Virus record (IMG/VR): IMGVR_UViG_3300022822_000008
Strand: one strand, 5' to 3'
Source: a virus
Lineage: Duplodnaviria; Heunggongvirae; Uroviricota; Caudoviricetes
DNA: 64,000 nucleotides
The notes beneath the pieces were generated by a model. That model was not told where the DNA came from, searched no databases, and worked only from the letters and a program-made list of their open reading frames with translations. This document shows, in pieces, positions 43,920-54,171 of the stretch (position 1 is the first letter of the stretch; each line of letters starts with the position of its first letter). Position numbers and translations under genes: made by a program.

Positions 43920-44120
43920 TTATTTTGATTTTAATTTAAAACAGACAATTACGAGCTCGTCGTCTTTTAATTTACCAACTATACGAAATCTTGTTGCGGC
44001 ATGTTCAGATTTCAATACAGATTTCAATTCATCGACTGCGTAACTTGGTACTCTATATGCAGCGTGAGTTTGCACCGGATCAAAAAGAGTTTGTACGCTG
44101 TAATCTAAAATGTTATGCAT
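43920..44120 (-). CDS. Hypothetical protein
   Basis: Downstream of the promoter cassette at 44157-44185. Confidence 0.4.
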   Translation of the reverse strand: MHNILDYSVQTLFDPVQTHAAYRVPSYAVDELKSVLKSEHAATRFRIVGKLKDDELVIVCFKLKSK

Positions 44121-44156
44121 GATTTATTTCCGTTTGTTGTTTAATTCAATACAACT

Positions 44157-44185
44157 ATTATATCAAAACTCACCTTCAAGTCAAC
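44157..44185 (-). promoter_or_regulatory. Early promoter cassette
   Basis: GTTGAC-17-TTGATATAATAGTTGTATTGAATTAAACAACAAACGG. Confidence 0.55.
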
Positions 44186-44447
44186 AATTATCTTCGCTAA
44201 ACCAAAAAACTTTTCTTGCATTATTGAACTCTAAACATTTAGTCGGTAGTTCTTTTCTCGCTTTAAATGAAATATGATCTCGCAATACGTCTGACATATA
44301 AACCATGTCTTTGAATGCCCAAGGACTGTTTAGCACCAGTGTATAATAAGTCATCTTGGATTCAACCTCACCTGATATGCATAGATCTTCATTGCTGCAT
44401 GCTAGAAATTGATTCAAATCTGCAATAAATTCGTGTTCGGTTTTCAT
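44181..44447 (-). CDS. Hypothetical protein
   Basis: 88-aa ORF. Confidence 0.4.
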   Translation of the reverse strand: MKTEHEFIADLNQFLACSNEDLCISGEVESKMTYYTLVLNSPWAFKDMVYMSDVLRDHISFKARKELPTKCLEFNNARKVFWFSEDNC

Positions 44448-44460
44448 TGTTTAATTACCT

Positions 44461-44775
44461 CTAGTAGTTCTTACATTCGCCTTTGACAGCTGGAAATACT
44501 CGCCCATCTTTTGTGGTTCGTCTCTTTAAACTTTCCGCTTCACATTGTTCTACTTGTCTGTTGTGCTTTTCCCAATCGCAAGTCATACCAAAATCTTTAT
44601 CGCTATTTCTATACGTGATACACTCCAGTCCGTTGTATCTGTGTACTTCGTCAAAATGAACCTCCAATGGAGTTTTTTGAGTACCAGGTGTGTTATAGCT
44701 GTATATAAAAAACACTACAATCACACAAGCTAATATGACATTAACAGTCTTCCAACTCATAATTTTAAACTTCAT
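44461..44775 (-). CDS. Membrane-anchored protein
   Basis: N-terminal transmembrane segment. Confidence 0.4.
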   Translation of the reverse strand: MKFKIMSWKTVNVILACVIVVFFIYSYNTPGTQKTPLEVHFDEVHRYNGLECITYRNSDKDFGMTCDWEKHNRQVEQCEAESLKRRTTKDGRVFPAVKGECKNY

Positions 44776-45160
44776 GATCGAGTGACATTTTAAGGTTATC
44801 TATGTTCTTGATTTCGCCAACGAAAGTTTGATATGAAACTCCAAATTTTGCGGCAAGGCCTTTTGCGTTAGGATTTGCTTTTTGAAAAATGGTTTTTGAT
44901 TCGCCTTCAATAAGGCCTTTGGATAGAAGTGATAAGCAAGCGTTATATGAGATTTTACTTTTGTTAGATTGACCGTAAATTCTTCCGTATGTAAAACCGA
45001 TACGGTTGATAGATTCTTTAAGTAATTTTCTTTCAGCTTTATTGAGGAACATAATTTTCTCTTTTGTGTTTTGATTCAATACAACTATTATATCAAAGTC
45101 CCAAGTAGAGTCAACCCTTTTATGCACTATACTAAAAAAGTTGCAAACAAACGTCTGCAA
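44765..45160 (-). CDS. Hypothetical protein
   Basis: 131-aa ORF. Confidence 0.4.
   Translation of the reverse strand: MQTFVCNFFSIVHKRVDSTWDFDIIVVLNQNTKEKIMFLNKAERKLLKESINRIGFTYGRIYGQSNKSKISYNACLSLLSKGLIEGESKTIFQKANPNAKGLAAKFGVSYQTFVGEIKNIDNLKMSLDHEV
45087..45115 (-). promoter_or_regulatory. Early promoter cassette
   Basis: GTTGAC-17-TTGATATAATAGTTGTATTGAATCAAAACACAAAAGAG. Confidence 0.55.
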
Positions 45161-45347
45161 CCTTTTCTCTAGTCTAAGTAAGCTTCACCGAAACCCCAAT
45201 CTTCTTCTTGAGTTTTCATTATATTCTCTTTATGTTAATCCCAGTAGCCGTCTTCGTAATTGTTGACTCTGCTTGTTGGGAGTTGATACCACAAACATAT
45301 TAAATATCTATAATATGTTTTGCAATGCTGATTTGCTAGGCTGTTCA

Positions 45348-45830
45348 TCAACATACCAAATTTTGAAAATATTTGCCAAACAATACAAACCCACGATCTA
45401 CTCTCTGATAAAACTGAAACATTTTATCGTCATCGCATTTATAAGTATGATTTTTACCTTCTTTCATATTTTTTCCTATATATTCAATTGCACCAGTCGC
45501 GTAAAAGTAGTCTTCATTGTAGTCTGGATCGTTTTGACATTTGTAAGTATGATTAAATGAAAAGATCATCTCATCAAGAATCCAGGCCCAGCGCTTTTCA
45601 CTAAAACCTTCATGTTTTTCTTCTGGATCAAGTTGTAATAAAAAAGGAACATCCAATTTATCAGTTAATGGTGTTCCTTTTTTATTTTTTCTCAACTGTT
45701 TCAGCATCGGCAATATAACAGGAGAAAGTGTGCAGCCGAAATCCCAGCTGTCATGCTTGTCCAATCTTAGTTTGTATCTTGCGCCATAATTCTTTTTTGT
45801 GTTATCGAACTTATAACTATATTTCATCAT
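45348..45830 (-). CDS. Hypothetical protein
   Basis: 160-aa ORF. Confidence 0.45.
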   Translation of the reverse strand: MMKYSYKFDNTKKNYGARYKLRLDKHDSWDFGCTLSPVILPMLKQLRKNKKGTPLTDKLDVPFLLQLDPEEKHEGFSEKRWAWILDEMIFSFNHTYKCQNDPDYNEDYFYATGAIEYIGKNMKEGKNHTYKCDDDKMFQFYQRVDRGFVLFGKYFQNLVC

Positions 45831-46185
45831 TTAATCCTTTCAACCACGGGTGCCGTCAATCCTCTTGTATATCATGCTTAATATACGCATCGAGAATTCT
45901 TTGTTTTTGTTACAATTTTCAGGTAATATCATATAGCCATCTTCATCAGTTAGAGCTGGACTGAATTTGGCGTGATTTGGTCTCTTTGTAGTAACTCTCA
46001 TTCTTTCCCCTCTACATACGAATCAAGTTTCTTTCCTATAAACCTACCGAGGTGCCAACCTCCTATCACGGTCATCATAGGAACACTAACTTGATATGCT
46101 AATACGATAGTCACTGAAACAAGACACAGTATTATCAGTGATAATACAATTCTAAACTTCTTACTTTCAAACATAATCCCAACCT

Positions 46186-47205
46186 TTATTTTTCTTTCAA
46201 CAGATATTTATTGCTTATTGCTTTGAAACTTTTTTGGCCGTCATGGCTTTTAAATACTAAACCTTCTCGATTAGTACTATTTAGAATACTCATTCCGTCT
46301 GCATCTTTAATAATATCAGAAGCAGTTGTATATCGTACAGACAGAGGCGTATAGTATAAAACAGGCACTGAATCTATCCCAACACGTTTAAATTCGAATC
46401 TTGCATCTGGGGTTAAGTATCGTTGTGTTTGTATATCGAATATATCAAATACCTTAAATTGAGTTTTATCAAGTTTGTAGATGTTTTTCTGAATGCCTGG
46501 TCCGATAAGCTCACCTTGAATCGCAATATTATCCCAATATCTACCATCAATAAATCCACAATTTCTCATCTTTGTTTCGATATCTAAACGTCTTGCGCAT
46601 TCCCAAAAGCCATTACCTTCGGTCTCTTTAAGATCGAGATTTCTGCTACATACACCAAATTCACCGTCAATTAGATAACAGGTCATTGAACTGCCTTCTA
46701 ATTTTTCTGTAATTTCCCATGATTCAGGAGAAGTCAAATAGTTGGCAACATGAGACATACAATTTTGAATTCTTTCTTGATCTGTTTTTCTTATTTGCGG
46801 AGGGAAATTACCTTTGGCCATACCTGCAAGTTGAGCATTTACGGGAGGATCGTATTTAGCGATATTCAAAATTTCAGAAACATCGTCACCGATATCCCAA
46901 AAGTCAGTTAGGAGTTCAGTAGATAATATTAGACCTTGACTAATTTGCCCGCGCAATTTAATTGTTCTGAGGCGTTCACCTTTCACGCCTTCATACGTGC
47001 GAGGTTCTTTTCCTTTAGATAGAAACGGTGCCAAATCTATAGGTATCCAACTGTCAATTTCACAAAAAACAATTATCTGTCCTTCGTTGTATTCACCTTT
47101 TCTGATTACAACTTTCCAGCCGTCTACGGTCGCGACTTCAATTGCGTCAGCGTTTTCGATTGGGCTCACGTCGCTAATCATTCGTACTGTTGCCATCTGT
47201 CTCAT
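46186..47205 (-). CDS. Rnl2-superfamily RNA ligase with an extra N-terminal (OB-like) domain and no Rnl2 C-terminal domain (Rnl5/DraRnl-like architecture)
   Basis: Motif I EKLEGSS; GELIGPGIQKNIYKLDKTQFKVFDIFD aligns with T4 Rnl2 GEFAGPGIQKNV...FYVFDI; motif IV EGLVFKS; motif V KAISNK. Confidence 0.7.
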   Translation of the reverse strand: MRQMATVRMISDVSPIENADAIEVATVDGWKVVIRKGEYNEGQIIVFCEIDSWIPIDLAPFLSKGKEPRTYEGVKGERLRTIKLRGQISQGLILSTELLTDFWDIGDDVSEILNIAKYDPPVNAQLAGMAKGNFPPQIRKTDQERIQNCMSHVANYLTSPESWEITEKLEGSSMTCYLIDGEFGVCSRNLDLKETEGNGFWECARRLDIETKMRNCGFIDGRYWDNIAIQGELIGPGIQKNIYKLDKTQFKVFDIFDIQTQRYLTPDARFEFKRVGIDSVPVLYYTPLSVRYTTASDIIKDADGMSILNSTNREGLVFKSHDGQKSFKAISNKYLLKEK

Positions 47206-47277
47206 AATATAATTCCAGTTTATTTAAGTTTATAGGTGTATTATACGTAAAATTTGTTTTACTGTCAACATTTATTT

Positions 47278-48252
47278 TTATTTTCTTTCCCACATATAAG
47301 GTGTCATATTAAAGAATTGTTTTTCCATTTTTACATAGCCTTTATCACGCATAAGTTGGTTGAATCTTCTACTTATTTTCTTCCAATCAATTATGTCAGT
47401 GCCAACAAAGAAATTACTATCTTTATATTCTTTGAAGTGCCCGATGCCTACAGTACCGAAAGAGTTGGCGATTATCATATATCTAGGATTGTTTGCTTCA
47501 ATAACCTCAGCAAGATGTTCTAGCGGATATTCGATGTGTTCAAAGTATTCACAAGCAAATAATATATCAATTTCACCCAAGTTGAGTGAATTTTCTTCTA
47601 GTCGGAAATCGCAGGTTTTTTGTAACGCCTGGGATATTTTCCATTGTTCGCAGTCTTTAAAATTTGTAGCAATAACCTCTGCATCTGGATATAGGCTTTT
47701 CCAACCTACAGTCGTTCTACCTATACCGTTACCGAGATCCAATATGCGTTTCACGTCTGAAAATATGTGTAAGTGTTTAGAAAGACCTTTCATAACATTT
47801 CGAGTATAAACCATCCAGCAAGCATAAGCCTCTACATAATAATCATCGTCAGAATAAACCGAGTAGTCTATTTCGCCTTTATCTAGAGCATCAATCCATT
47901 GTCGCTCTAAATGCTCCAATGGATTTGCCGGGCGTTCTGGATCTTTAGAACCGTAGGAATAATATTTAATTAAAGAATTAACTTTTGCTGTTGCTTCATC
48001 AGCATCTAGCGTCCTTACATTTTCATTAAATAGTTCGATGAACTGTCTTAAATCTTCTATAGGTCGTATTTCTAAACTGTTCATAATGTATATTGCCTTA
48101 CTGTCGAATATTATTTTGGATTCGTTTTCAATTTTCCTAGGTATGTATAATTTCCCATCCAATACAATTTTAGTTTTAACGTCAAAAGGGTCTCTTGTGT
48201 TGAACTCATCGACCGTAAAATTTGCATCGGCTCCTTTCCGACAGTGTACCAA
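47278..48252 (-). CDS. Hen1-like SAM-dependent methyltransferase (candidate RNA 3'-terminal 2'-O-methyltransferase)
   Basis: SAM motif I ILDLGNGIGRTT; motif II DAEVIATNF; motif IV DILFACEYFEHIE plus downstream LEHL resemble the Hen1 metal-binding E..EH/H signature; gene is adjacent to the RNA ligase. Confidence 0.5.
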   Translation of the reverse strand: MVHCRKGADANFTVDEFNTRDPFDVKTKIVLDGKLYIPRKIENESKIIFDSKAIYIMNSLEIRPIEDLRQFIELFNENVRTLDADEATAKVNSLIKYYSYGSKDPERPANPLEHLERQWIDALDKGEIDYSVYSDDDYYVEAYACWMVYTRNVMKGLSKHLHIFSDVKRILDLGNGIGRTTVGWKSLYPDAEVIATNFKDCEQWKISQALQKTCDFRLEENSLNLGEIDILFACEYFEHIEYPLEHLAEVIEANNPRYMIIANSFGTVGIGHFKEYKDSNFFVGTDIIDWKKISRRFNQLMRDKGYVKMEKQFFNMTPYMWERK

Positions 48253-48370
48253 TTTTCGTATACCGTCTTTACACCTTTGTAATAAATTGTCTTAAGTTCT
48301 TCATAGGTATCAACGATGTACTTGTTATCAACATCAAAGTAAATGTAATTAATTAAATCAGAACCTTCTT

Positions 48371-48787
48371 CTACATTAGACATAATTTTTCTTCCATTTC
48401 ATAGGCTTCAATTTCCCATGGACGTTCTAAGTAAGGCGTTCCAAAATAATCAACGCCTTCCCATGTAAAATCATCAAGGCGACCAGACAAGAATTGCTGT
48501 ACGTGTACCAACTCGTGAGCTATGTTGCGCAGCATTTCGTCGATTGGTATCACGCCTTGAGAGTCATGTTGAGCGATTGAAACGTAAGCGGTTTGGTCGT
48601 CACCGCTTGATCCTCCGCCGTGTCCATCCAAGTCGTGAAGAAATTCAATATCAACGAAGCCTTCATAGTCATAGATATTTAGTTCTTCGCAAACTCTACC
48701 GATGAATGAAACCAAATAATTAAAAGATTCACATAGGTTTGAAGGTTTGTGTATAGTTACATTTTCAATTGTTTTCATTTTATCCAA
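48371..48787 (-). CDS. Small HExxH protein (putative zinc metallopeptidase)
   Basis: IAHELVHVQQF. Confidence 0.4.
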   Translation of the reverse strand: MDKMKTIENVTIHKPSNLCESFNYLVSFIGRVCEELNIYDYEGFVDIEFLHDLDGHGGGSSGDDQTAYVSIAQHDSQGVIPIDEMLRNIAHELVHVQQFLSGRLDDFTWEGVDYFGTPYLERPWEIEAYEMEEKLCLM

Positions 48788-48807
48788 ACTAGGCTTTTTG
48801 AGTGAAT

Positions 48808-49374
48808 CTATTTTTCATTAGATTTATAATTATTCAAACTTTTTTCTAGATTCTTAATGTGAGACTTATAAAGTTCTGAGTCAGCATGAAGTTTATCGTT
48901 TTCAAGTTGGAGTTCGGATTTTGTATCGGATATAGTTTTGTATTTAGCTAATAGTGCTTTGAATTCACCGTAGAGTTTCTCATGTTTATCTCGCATCGCA
49001 TGTCTTTCTTGTGGTTCGGCGCTTAATTCTTCAATATGAGACTTATAGATTTTTACATCGGCGTCAATCCTAAGTAGCGAAACTCTAAGAGTATTATTAG
49101 CATTTGTCAATTTCAAAACGTCATCCTGCAATTTTGAAATTTTAATGTCTTTATCATCAGGTTCGGGATTTACATTTTTCACCAGACTTTGTTCATGTGT
49201 TTCTTGCAATTCTTCAAACCGCAGCTGATAAATTGTGTACATACCTAGTAATGCATTAAGTATGTTATCTTTATTATCGCCGAAATCAGTATCACTTATG
49301 TTACGGTACAACAAATCAATATCATCCACGACCTGCCATGCTTTCATGTATTTGTCTTCAACTGTATATTTCAT
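48808..49374 (-). CDS. Coiled-coil protein
   Basis: 188-aa ORF with heptad-rich sequence. Confidence 0.45.
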   Translation of the reverse strand: MKYTVEDKYMKAWQVVDDIDLLYRNISDTDFGDNKDNILNALLGMYTIYQLRFEELQETHEQSLVKNVNPEPDDKDIKISKLQDDVLKLTNANNTLRVSLLRIDADVKIYKSHIEELSAEPQERHAMRDKHEKLYGEFKALLAKYKTISDTKSELQLENDKLHADSELYKSHIKNLEKSLNNYKSNEK

Positions 49375-49562
49375 TTTATAGCTCCTAAGAATTCTTCATA
49401 ATTCATACTACCATTTTTCAGTAATATGTTCAATTTTAATATAACGTGGTCCGCATAATCGACACCACACTTTGTACACTCTAGAAAAAACATTTGTTCG
49501 CCGTTGTATCTTTCGGATTTAATTTTAATTTCAGAACGTTCTCCACATACGTCACAGTTCAT
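49371..49562 (-). CDS. Small zinc-ribbon protein
   Basis: CDVCGE...CTKCG. Confidence 0.4.
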   Translation of the reverse strand: MNCDVCGERSEIKIKSERYNGEQMFFLECTKCGVDYADHVILKLNILLKNGSMNYEEFLGAIK

Positions 49563-49848
49563 GCTTGCGCATCCGATCGGGATAAAAATCCGAATCTGTT
49601 ATGATAATATCGTTAATTTCCAAAGATGTGTATGTTGTGCCATCCATACATAATACACGTATATGTTTTGTTGATTTCATGTTAGCAGTGGCTGGAAAGG
49701 GATAAAACTCATACATCCCACCATTATCTTTACAAATAAATTTTCCTTTTGCTATGTGCATATTGCTCATCTTGCCGCAACCAAATATGATTGCAATTGC
49801 AAAAAGCAAACATATAGGTTTGCTAAACTTTTTCATATTCACTAACAC
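49552..49848 (-). CDS. Small secreted protein or lipoprotein
   Basis: Signal-like N-terminus ending in FGCGK. Confidence 0.4.
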   Translation of the reverse strand: MLVNMKKFSKPICLLFAIAIIFGCGKMSNMHIAKGKFICKDNGGMYEFYPFPATANMKSTKHIRVLCMDGTTYTSLEINDIIITDSDFYPDRMRKHEL

Positions 49849-50266
49849 CTCTGAACTGCAATTCGTCTAAAACATAGGTCAAGCCTGCACAATGTAAAGC
49901 CATTCCGTGAGAACCGTCTTGACAAGATGCCCAATGTTCGTTTTTATCTCTTATCGAGAAACATTCAGCGCGTAATTCTTCAATTGTCATTTCTTTTACG
50001 TTCATGGTTATTACCTGTTTTTTGATTAGGATGTAATCATATCAAATGCTAATGTCAGTGTCAATGTTTAAATTGTAAAATCTAAAATTACTTTCTGATA
50101 TGCCGTAATGTGTTCTTCGATAATATCAATGTCTTGCAGATTATTATTATAGACAAAAATATTCAGACTCTCGCCTGCTCTTATTTTCTTTGCGCTTTCT
50201 TGGAGGAACATGAGTCCTTCCTGTAAACTTTTTCGTACTATGGATTCTACCATTTCATCATTTAAC

Positions 50267-50812
50267 TTAATCTTCATAACCGTACTCCACAAGTAATGAT
50301 TCTCTAAAGCGTTGTTCTTTTAATTGATGTAAATTTACAGGCTTATACCTTACGTTTTCACAAGATACATTAATGAAGCCCGGGTCGCGCACAGTGTTTC
50401 CGTGAACGTGACCATGGATATTAATACAGCCCCTAAGTTCATCTGGATGAATTGGAGGATGAGTCAACCAAAAACCTGACTGTTTGAACATGGAACCTAC
50501 CTTTGCGTAATATCCTTGCTTGATAGACTCTTTTAAAATCTCAACTCTCTCGGCGTTGTCCGTATCGTGGTTACCTGGAACAAAATTAATACGCTCATAA
50601 TATGGCGCAATTTCTTGAAGAAACTTATACGATTCCCAAGTGAAGAAACAGTCACCTAGCATCCAGAGTTGATTTCTTTTGCTGCCCGCAAGTTTAATAT
50701 TTTCTTTCAAAAGTTCGTCGTGTTCTTCAATCGAAGAAAACTCAGGTCTGTACTTAATTATTGAGCCGTGCCCAATGTGAAGGTCGCTGATAATATAACT
50801 ACTGCTCATCAT
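50267..50812 (-). CDS. Calcineurin-like metallophosphoesterase (Ser/Thr phosphatase or diadenosine tetraphosphatase family)
   Basis: SDLHIGH, GDCFF, GNHD and HGHVHG motifs. Confidence 0.7.
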   Translation of the reverse strand: MMSSSYIISDLHIGHGSIIKYRPEFSSIEEHDELLKENIKLAGSKRNQLWMLGDCFFTWESYKFLQEIAPYYERINFVPGNHDTDNAERVEILKESIKQGYYAKVGSMFKQSGFWLTHPPIHPDELRGCINIHGHVHGNTVRDPGFINVSCENVRYKPVNLHQLKEQRFRESLLVEYGYED

Positions 50813-50824
50813 GTTTTGCTCCTG

Positions 50825-51043
50825 TTAATTATATTCTTTGTCGTATTCATCTTGAGTTAAGTCTCTGAAAGACTCATAAACAATTAAACCCTCTTTGCCC
50901 CTGCCTACTTGTAAGCAAGGCGCACCATCTTTATCTTTATGTCTACCATGCCAACCTCCATGCGTACACCACCATCCAGCACCGTCCTTTTTAAAGTAAG
51001 TTTTAATAATACCTCTTTCATATACTCTATAAGGATTACTCAT
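50825..51043 (-). CDS. Hypothetical protein
   Basis: 72-aa ORF. Confidence 0.35.
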   Translation of the reverse strand: MSNPYRVYERGIIKTYFKKDGAGWWCTHGGWHGRHKDKDGAPCLQVGRGKEGLIVYESFRDLTQDEYDKEYN

Positions 51044-51528
51044 GTAAAGATGCCTTTTCTGAAAACATCATCAATAATATGAGTCGTACCTTCGGTGTAC
51101 TTGCTTTAATACTTTCTAGCGTTTGTAGTTCAGACATTAGCTTTACCATCCCCCGCCGCTTGAATTTTTAAGATTAAAACAAAACATTACATTTTCATGT
51201 AGTGGTTTCATCACTATGTCTTCCGTATGTGTAGGCCCACACATTAGATTGAGATTATTGCTATCCTCTAAATACCAATTTATATTTTGGTCTGAGTCCG
51301 TTTGTATCTCATCTCTAGCATCATTTAATGCTTTAACGGCTCTTTTAATTTTATTATATTGCTTTGTCGTCAATTCAATCATTACTCTACACTCCCGTTA
51401 AATAATTAAAACATTCTTGTCATTGTCGGAACTGAGGTATTCCATTTGTTCATATATAACCTTATCGCTAGACATATCGCTGGTATATACTGCACCATCT
51501 GAATTTCTTTTAACTTTGATCATCATAT

Positions 51529-52080
51529 TTATCCTTGTTTCATTGATTTTGTGAATATGTCCCAAAGGCGATCTTCTGACCATTGTTTTCTGTCAAAATC
51601 CTCATCAGGTTTCACGTTTACTTTACAGTATGAATGAGCGCCTACGTTTTCAGAATGTGTTTTTGTCATTAAAGTAACTGTGATATCTTCGCACTGAGTG
51701 GAGTGAAGCATATAAGGATTCATTTCATAGCTTTCTCCAGGCAGTATTATTCTTGGTTCTCCTACCTTTTCAAGTAAACAAGGATAAACTTTCAGCCAAG
51801 GTCGATTGCCAAATTTAGTTCTTTCGCCTTCGTGCAAATATGACCAGTGAGTCACTTTTTCAGAATTATGTATTTCTCTGTAAAGTTGATTCACTTGTGT
51901 CCCAATAAGCACTTTAGAAACAAAGCCAAATCGATGATCGTGAATAGAAGAACTTTCAAAGCAACTGCGTCTTGGTAGATCAGGATGCCATACATGCAAC
52001 CTTTGATCGCCTGGTAATATCACTTGAAGAAATCCGAGACCATGTAGAGTTATTTGTTCTTTTGTTTTTTCAAACTTCAT
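51529..52080 (-). CDS. Hypothetical protein
   Basis: 183-aa ORF. Confidence 0.45.
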   Translation of the reverse strand: MKFEKTKEQITLHGLGFLQVILPGDQRLHVWHPDLPRRSCFESSSIHDHRFGFVSKVLIGTQVNQLYREIHNSEKVTHWSYLHEGERTKFGNRPWLKVYPCLLEKVGEPRIILPGESYEMNPYMLHSTQCEDITVTLMTKTHSENVGAHSYCKVNVKPDEDFDRKQWSEDRLWDIFTKSMKQG

Positions 52081-52669
52081 CTTTTTTATCCTCTAATAGA
52101 TTCGCATATGATACCAACTCTTGTTTTAGCACAGCAAACCCAGGTAAAGCAGATGCGACGGGATGTAAGTTAATATCACAGTGCGTTAAAGCTTCTCGGA
52201 TGCCATCAATCTTTGCAGCAGCTAAACGATTTGGTATAGACCACAATTCTTTGGAAATTAAACCATTATCATTGTATTGTTTCAGATACTTAGTTCTCCA
52301 GTGATCAATCGCTTTGCTTTCAGAGGTTGAGTATCCTGCATCATATAAGTTTTCCGCAAAATCACAACACAAAGAATCCAATTTACATTCTGCGTAGCTT
52401 AACATTTTATCAACCGCTTTTTCTTTTGCGGTTATCTCTGGGTCTGGTACAAGTCTATATTGCGGCTGTTTAACAGCTATGCTATATATAGAAATTTGTT
52501 TATTGTTCATAAGATTTTCAACAAAGAACTGGACTCCGTCTGCATGATGTCCTACTACTTTATGAGTAGCTTTACACCACCATTCTTCAATACCTTTACT
52601 TCCAAAAACTTTACCCGTATCTAACTGTGTACCTAAAAGAGGCACTCCGATGCCGTTCCACTTATTCAT
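52070..52669 (-). CDS. Hypothetical protein
   Basis: 199-aa ORF. Confidence 0.45.
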   Translation of the reverse strand: MNKWNGIGVPLLGTQLDTGKVFGSKGIEEWWCKATHKVVGHHADGVQFFVENLMNNKQISIYSIAVKQPQYRLVPDPEITAKEKAVDKMLSYAECKLDSLCCDFAENLYDAGYSTSESKAIDHWRTKYLKQYNDNGLISKELWSIPNRLAAAKIDGIREALTHCDINLHPVASALPGFAVLKQELVSYANLLEDKKDEV

Positions 52670-53006
52670 TGTCTTTACCTTCTAGTTGTTTGGTGTTCTT
52701 TATTTTGAAATGTAAACAAAAGTTACGTAAAAAAGGAATTAAGCTATTTGAATATATTTTTATATTGTTGTGTGTCCATAGGTAATCGCTAATCTCTTCG
52801 TTTGATATATTGAAAGCATCAGCCTTTGCACTAGCTAACTGCTCGCGTAATCTTTTAATTTCATTTTCTTTCTCAAGAAGTAACTTCAGTGACTCACGCA
52901 ATGCCTTGTTTTTTTCTCTCGCATTGCTTGGAATTGTTATTTCATAACTATAACCCCCAGATAACTCATCCGTAACTGACGCTTTGCCCACATTTACTGT
53001 TGTCAT
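52662..53006 (-). CDS. Hypothetical protein
   Basis: 114-aa ORF. Confidence 0.4.
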   Translation of the reverse strand: MTTVNVGKASVTDELSGGYSYEITIPSNAREKNKALRESLKLLLEKENEIKRLREQLASAKADAFNISNEEISDYLWTHNNIKIYSNSLIPFLRNFCLHFKIKNTKQLEGKDNE

Positions 53007-53587
53007 TAGCCTTTACCCTCTAGTAATTCAAAATGTGGGTTTTCCATCCAAGCTACAATTTTCTTGCTTGCATTTTCAACAAATGAATTTGATCTTTGCC
53101 AGCATCCGCCAACCTCTAAATCTGAATTAAAGTAAGATAAAGAATAAACTAAACCTATATCACATAAACCTATAACTCTTTTTGACCAAGTACCATTCGC
53201 TGATCTTGGCAAGTATTCATCAACACTTATCCATTTTGGCGCACTAGCTAACTGCTCATTTAAACAAACATTATCCCAAACTATGTTTCTGTTTTGTGAG
53301 TCCATAGAATTAAAAGCACTTGTCATTTCAGCTAACTGTTCACGTAAACTATCAATCTCTTTCAACTGGTCTATCTGTTTTTCTATGTCAGCGAGTGAGC
53401 GCATTAAAAGAATGTTATAACCATCTGCAATAATCCATTCGCCATCTTCAAAAATAAACCATTCATCAAATAATTTGCATTTAGTGTTTTGGAGTACTTT
53501 TATGAATAAGTTTGTCTTTTCTTCTATATGAGTAGCCCTTTCTGGCTTATCCGCGATAATACTTTCTAGCGTTTCTAATTCATTCAT
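53006..53587 (-). CDS. Hypothetical protein
   Basis: 193-aa ORF. Confidence 0.45.
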   Translation of the reverse strand: MNELETLESIIADKPERATHIEEKTNLFIKVLQNTKCKLFDEWFIFEDGEWIIADGYNILLMRSLADIEKQIDQLKEIDSLREQLAEMTSAFNSMDSQNRNIVWDNVCLNEQLASAPKWISVDEYLPRSANGTWSKRVIGLCDIGLVYSLSYFNSDLEVGGCWQRSNSFVENASKKIVAWMENPHFELLEGKG

Positions 53588-53877
53588 TAGCTAAATATCT
53601 CATATAGGTGATAGATTATTTTGTTATGTTTAACACTACGAATATATTGGACATTTTTATATCCAATCGGAGTTCCTGTATAGTAATAGACAAAGGTTCT
53701 GACATCATGAACACAAGAACCAACATCCTCTTCGAAGAATACCCACAATTTTTCGTATTCCGTATTGTCGCCTACTTGCATTTCAGCACCCAATAATTCA
53801 GAACCACAAGGAACGGTTATCTTTTCTCTTTGCCCCTCGCCCCATCTTATTTGATATTTTCGGATTATTCTATTCAT
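53587..53877 (-). CDS. Hypothetical protein
   Basis: 96-aa ORF. Confidence 0.4.
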   Translation of the reverse strand: MNRIIRKYQIRWGEGQREKITVPCGSELLGAEMQVGDNTEYEKLWVFFEEDVGSCVHDVRTFVYYYTGTPIGYKNVQYIRSVKHNKIIYHLYEIFS

Positions 53878-54171
53878 GTGTACCTCTACTAATTCATTAC
53901 AGCAATCATATCACAGAAACAAGCAAAAGTCAAATAATTGTCGCTTTGAACTTTTCAAAAGTTCTTGTGTTCATTAATATTTTTGATTCTGTTTTCAATA
54001 TTTGGTCGTCAATGAGTATTTCTGTGAGTGTCGTACTTGTTTTTGTTCTTTTGAAGGACCAAGGTCTTTCTGTGAAAAATTGGCGCAATGTTCGCTTTCT
54101 TACTATTTTTGTTTCAACCGGAGGTACTATATAAACTTGATATCCTCCATAACAACATTGATATTCGTGGC

